Assembly: GCA_030704615.1 (NCBI GenBank)
Contig: CM060731.1
Coordinates: 26,040,001 to 26,104,000, forward strand
Origin: Takakia lepidozioides
Taxonomy: Eukaryota; Plantae; Bryophyta
Length of the DNA: 64,000 bases
Reading direction: 5' to 3'
Shown: in pieces, positions 61,589 to 64,000 of the stretch
Numbering within the stretch: the first letter of the stretch is position 1
Layout of the letters: each line of letters starts with the position of its first letter
Position numbers and translations under genes: made by a program
Notes under the pieces: generated by a model
Databases searched by the model: none
Told to the model about the DNA's origin: nothing
Seen by the model: only the letters and a program-made list of their open reading frames with translations

Positions 61589-64000
61589 TGGATGACAAGT
61601 ATAAAACCTGTAATCCATATGGTAATTTCGACAAAATCAGAACTATCTCACTTTAGACATAAGCCAAATTTTTTATGCTTGATTTACAGTGCATCAGGGT
61701 GTGTGTCGTGCGCATACATATCGCTACACAACTACATCGCTGTCCAAAACCACACAACACATGTGCACACCACACACTAGTATACTACTAGTCCACCACT
61801 AGTCCAGCCACTAGTCCAACCACTAGGCTACAACTAGTCAGTCACTAGGCTGCCATTATGCTGCCCACTATGGCAGTCACTAGTCCACACAATCGCCCCC
61901 CTAGCTGGTGCTTAGGTCCCTCTAAGTCCAGGTAGCCACAAGATGTGATAGTGACCATAGCCTCACTAAGTCCTCCACCATTATCCCTACTACACTCAAA
62001 CTCGATAGATCAAGAGGCCGGGTGCAAGAGTTGCCCCATCATTAGTCGCCGTCTTGCAACCTGTGAACTTGAGCTTGGGATCTCATGTATTGACTCCTAT
62101 GAGCTTGGCCTCCCATGTCTTGTTAGCTGCCTCCAGTCATGTCCACTGCCACTATCCCAAGCAGTGTGGACACAACCAATCTCCGTCAGGAACCTTCTCA
62201 AGAGGTGGTGTCAAGCATTCCCATATGCCAACCCCTTGAGCATCGATCACACACCAGCATGGTGGCTGCCCCTTTGGCAGACCCACAAGCATGCACCTCA
62301 AACCTGCAGGTACCACTGCCAAGTTTGGGTCAACTCTGCCATCGACATTGGGAAGGTGACATGGCGCACAATTACGCACATGGTCCTTCCAAGTCATGCC
62401 ATCCCGACCCTCCAAGATCAGGACCCCTGAGGGCAACACCTCTCAAACCCTCAGAATAACACGCCCTGCAGTAAACAACAAATGCCCCAGGGATGCCGCA
62501 CTAACCGTGCACGCTGTGTGGGGTGAGGCACAATCCTCACCCGACCATCTCCCACACTCGAAGTAGGTGTATCCCCTCCCATTGAACCTCTTGGCTCGTT
62601 GCAGGATCCGATCCCTCCCCTGCAGTCACAATGGCTGCCGTGTCTCCCGTGCGGAGGTAGTCCAACACAGCCGAATCCTCATGTATATCTCTGGCACCAC
62701 CTAGCTCATCACTAGCCTCAGGGTCCTCAGACACTCCGTCTACAGTCATCCCTGTTGTAGGTCCAATCTGACCTCCCGATGCCAAGATACACAAAAATGC
62801 AGATGCGTGCCATCCCGGCACCATCTCCTCGTCCGTCTCACCATGCCACCGAGCTCCAGTGTCATCCTGCTGGCTCATGCATGGATTGCGACTCAATCCA
62901 TCCGCATCCCGATTGACCAAACCCGGTCGATGCACAACCTGAAAGTCATACTCCTGGAGTATAAGTGCCCACCGTGCAAGCTTCCCCGTAAGCTTGTCTG
63001 ACTCCATCAACCACTTGAGTGGCTGGTGATCCGTGACAAGGGTGAAAAGATTGCCGTATAGATAGCACCTGAAGTGTGCCACGGCCCACACTGCAGCTAA
63101 GCACTCTCCCTCATATGAGCTGTACTTAGCCTCTGCAGCGTTGTTCGAGCGGCTAGCGTAAGCCACTACGAACTCTCTTCCCTCATCATCCACCTGTGTG
63201 AGCACCGCTCCAAGCCCCAGCATGCTCCAATCCGTATGCAGCTGAAAGGGACGCCCCCTGATAGGTCGTCTCAAGATAGGCGCCGAGGTCAACCTCGCCT
63301 TGAGCTCTTGAAAAGCTCGTTCCTGCTCATCTTCCCACTGCCACTCCTGGTCCACCTTGGTCAGCTTGGTTAGAGCCTTTGCAATGGTACTAAATCCCTT
63401 GACAAACCGTCTATAATAGTTTGCCAACCCCATGAAAGCTCGAACTCGGCTCACCGTGGCGTGGAATTTGTGCAATGGCCTCTACCTTAGTCTGCTGTAC
63501 CCCCAATCCTCCAGGATATATCATGTGACCCAGATACTCAATCTGGTTGTGGAAAAACTTGCACTTCCCCGGATGCAACTTCAATCCGTGCGCTCTCAAG
63601 CGCTCCAATACCACCTGAAGGTGTCTCTCATGCTCCTCCATCGTAACACTAAAGATGATGATGTCATCTATGTAGCACCGAGCAAAGTCCACCCCTGCTA
63701 GAATCCTATCCATGACTCTCTGAAACTCTGCAGGAGCATTCTTAAGCCCAAATGGTAAGAACCGCCACTGATATAGGCAATCCTTGCCGTGCTCATTGAT
63801 CCCCCAGAATGCCGTCTTCTGCTTGTCCGCCTCCTTGATTGGCAACTGGTGATATCCGGATCGTAAATCCAAAGTGCTAAAGGCCTTAGCATGCCCGATG
63901 GCATCAAAGATCTCCTCTGGTGTTGGCATGGCATACTTATCGGACTTGGTCTGACGATTTACAGGCCGGTAATCACCGCACATACGTCTCTCCGTCCAAT
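61584..64000 (-). mobile_element. Ty3/gypsy 3' part: RT, RNase H, largely deleted integrase, PHD finger, PPT and 3' LTR; continues beyond the window
   Basis: RT CGDYR..LDLRSGYHQ..YIDD; RNase H TDWS..ECLAAVWAV..TDHQPL; PHD 62155-62300; PPT-like AGCTAGGGGGG, then an LTR starting TGTGTGG at 61891 with ACTAGTCC-type repeats. The far LTR boundary is approximate. Confidence 0.9.

Overview
Eukaryotic, intron-rich, transposon-dense DNA. It is most consistent with a non-seed land plant (PLS-type PPR fragments, CACTA/hAT/Harbinger/Mutator elements and a multi-CNB PKG-type kinase); that assignment is inference. 0.9-12.5 kb holds one apparently intact host gene: a cyclic-nucleotide-dependent (PKG-like) kinase with four cNMP-binding domains and at least 17 exons. 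The rest is a nest of transposons. The most notable content is two diverged copies (A ~22.8-32.2 kb, truncated; B 34659-51250, both ends present with a 9-bp TSD) of a large Mutator-like DNA transposon. Each carries a GCM-like/MULE transposase (C-terminal SWIM seen in B) and a divergently transcribed, spliced cargo gene encoding a ParB/Srx-type domain plus a prokaryote-type beta-class N4/N6 DNA methyltransferase domain. The introns of that cargo gene hold clusters of 24-28 bp palindromes. Their CGTCAACG core is shared but their arms are copy-specific, suggesting a ParB/parS-like self-recognition or anti-silencing system. Both copies are now pseudogenised. Also present: a Pack-CACTA with PPR fragments, Ty3/gypsy fragments (one ending in a PHD finger), MITEs, tRNA-derived SINEs, LINE relics, a 53-bp-period palindrome array and a composite tandem repeat. 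All domain calls are by-eye motif recognition; no database search was run.
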